NCBI GenBank assembly: GCA_964016885.1
Contig: OZ024740.1
Span: forward strand, 294,810,001 to 294,874,000
Source: Eledone cirrhosa
Lineage: Eukaryota
DNA length: 64,000 bases
Direction of reading: 5' to 3'
The position numbers and the translations under genes are program-made. Each line of letters starts with the position of its first letter. Positions within the stretch are counted from its first letter, which is position 1. The notes under the pieces were generated by a model, which did not search any database, was not told the DNA's origin, and saw only the letters and a list, made by a program, of their open reading frames with translations. This document shows, piece after piece, positions 63,791 to 64,000 of the stretch.

Positions 63791-64000
63791 ATACTGGTTG
63801 GATGCCCTTCCTAACACCAGCACCACTTTACAGCATGGACTGGGTACTTTTATTCATGCCACCAGCACTAGAGAGGTTGTCTTACTGGACTCAGGGGCCC
63901 TATCCACCCCTCCATTTTTACAGCATGGACTGGGTGCTTTTATTCGTGCCACCAGCACTAAAGAGGTCATCTTACTGGACTCTATTTGAACATAATTTTG

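Overview
AT-rich, repeat-dense animal genomic DNA. The SINE/LINE content suggests an octopus or other cephalopod, but that is an inference. One protein-coding gene is well supported: TADA3 (SAGA/ATAC transcriptional adaptor 3) on the minus strand. I assembled it by hand from 9 coding exons between 43431 and 12333; all introns are GT-AG, phases are consistent, and the CDS is 1308 nt (435 aa). A probable non-coding first exon and promoter lie around 52.7-54.3 kb. The rest is mostly mobile DNA: RTE-clade LINEs (one 5'-truncated with a 614-aa open RT frame, one near-full-length but frameshifted), CR1, Tx1/L1, CRE-type (restriction-like endonuclease) and Penelope-like fragments, two tRNA-headed SINE families, mariner, hAT and piggyBac MITEs, Helitrons and several minisatellites. 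I found no multi-gene novel system. The best leads are a candidate 6-nt microexon and a 48-nt in-frame cassette exon inside TADA3 introns, a PHD-type zinc finger inserted in the RTE reverse transcriptase, hammerhead-ribozyme cores (one in sense orientation in a TADA3 intron), a palindromic Helitron junction, and three clustered CRE 3' ends. Repeat boundaries without TSDs are approximate, and no database search was run.
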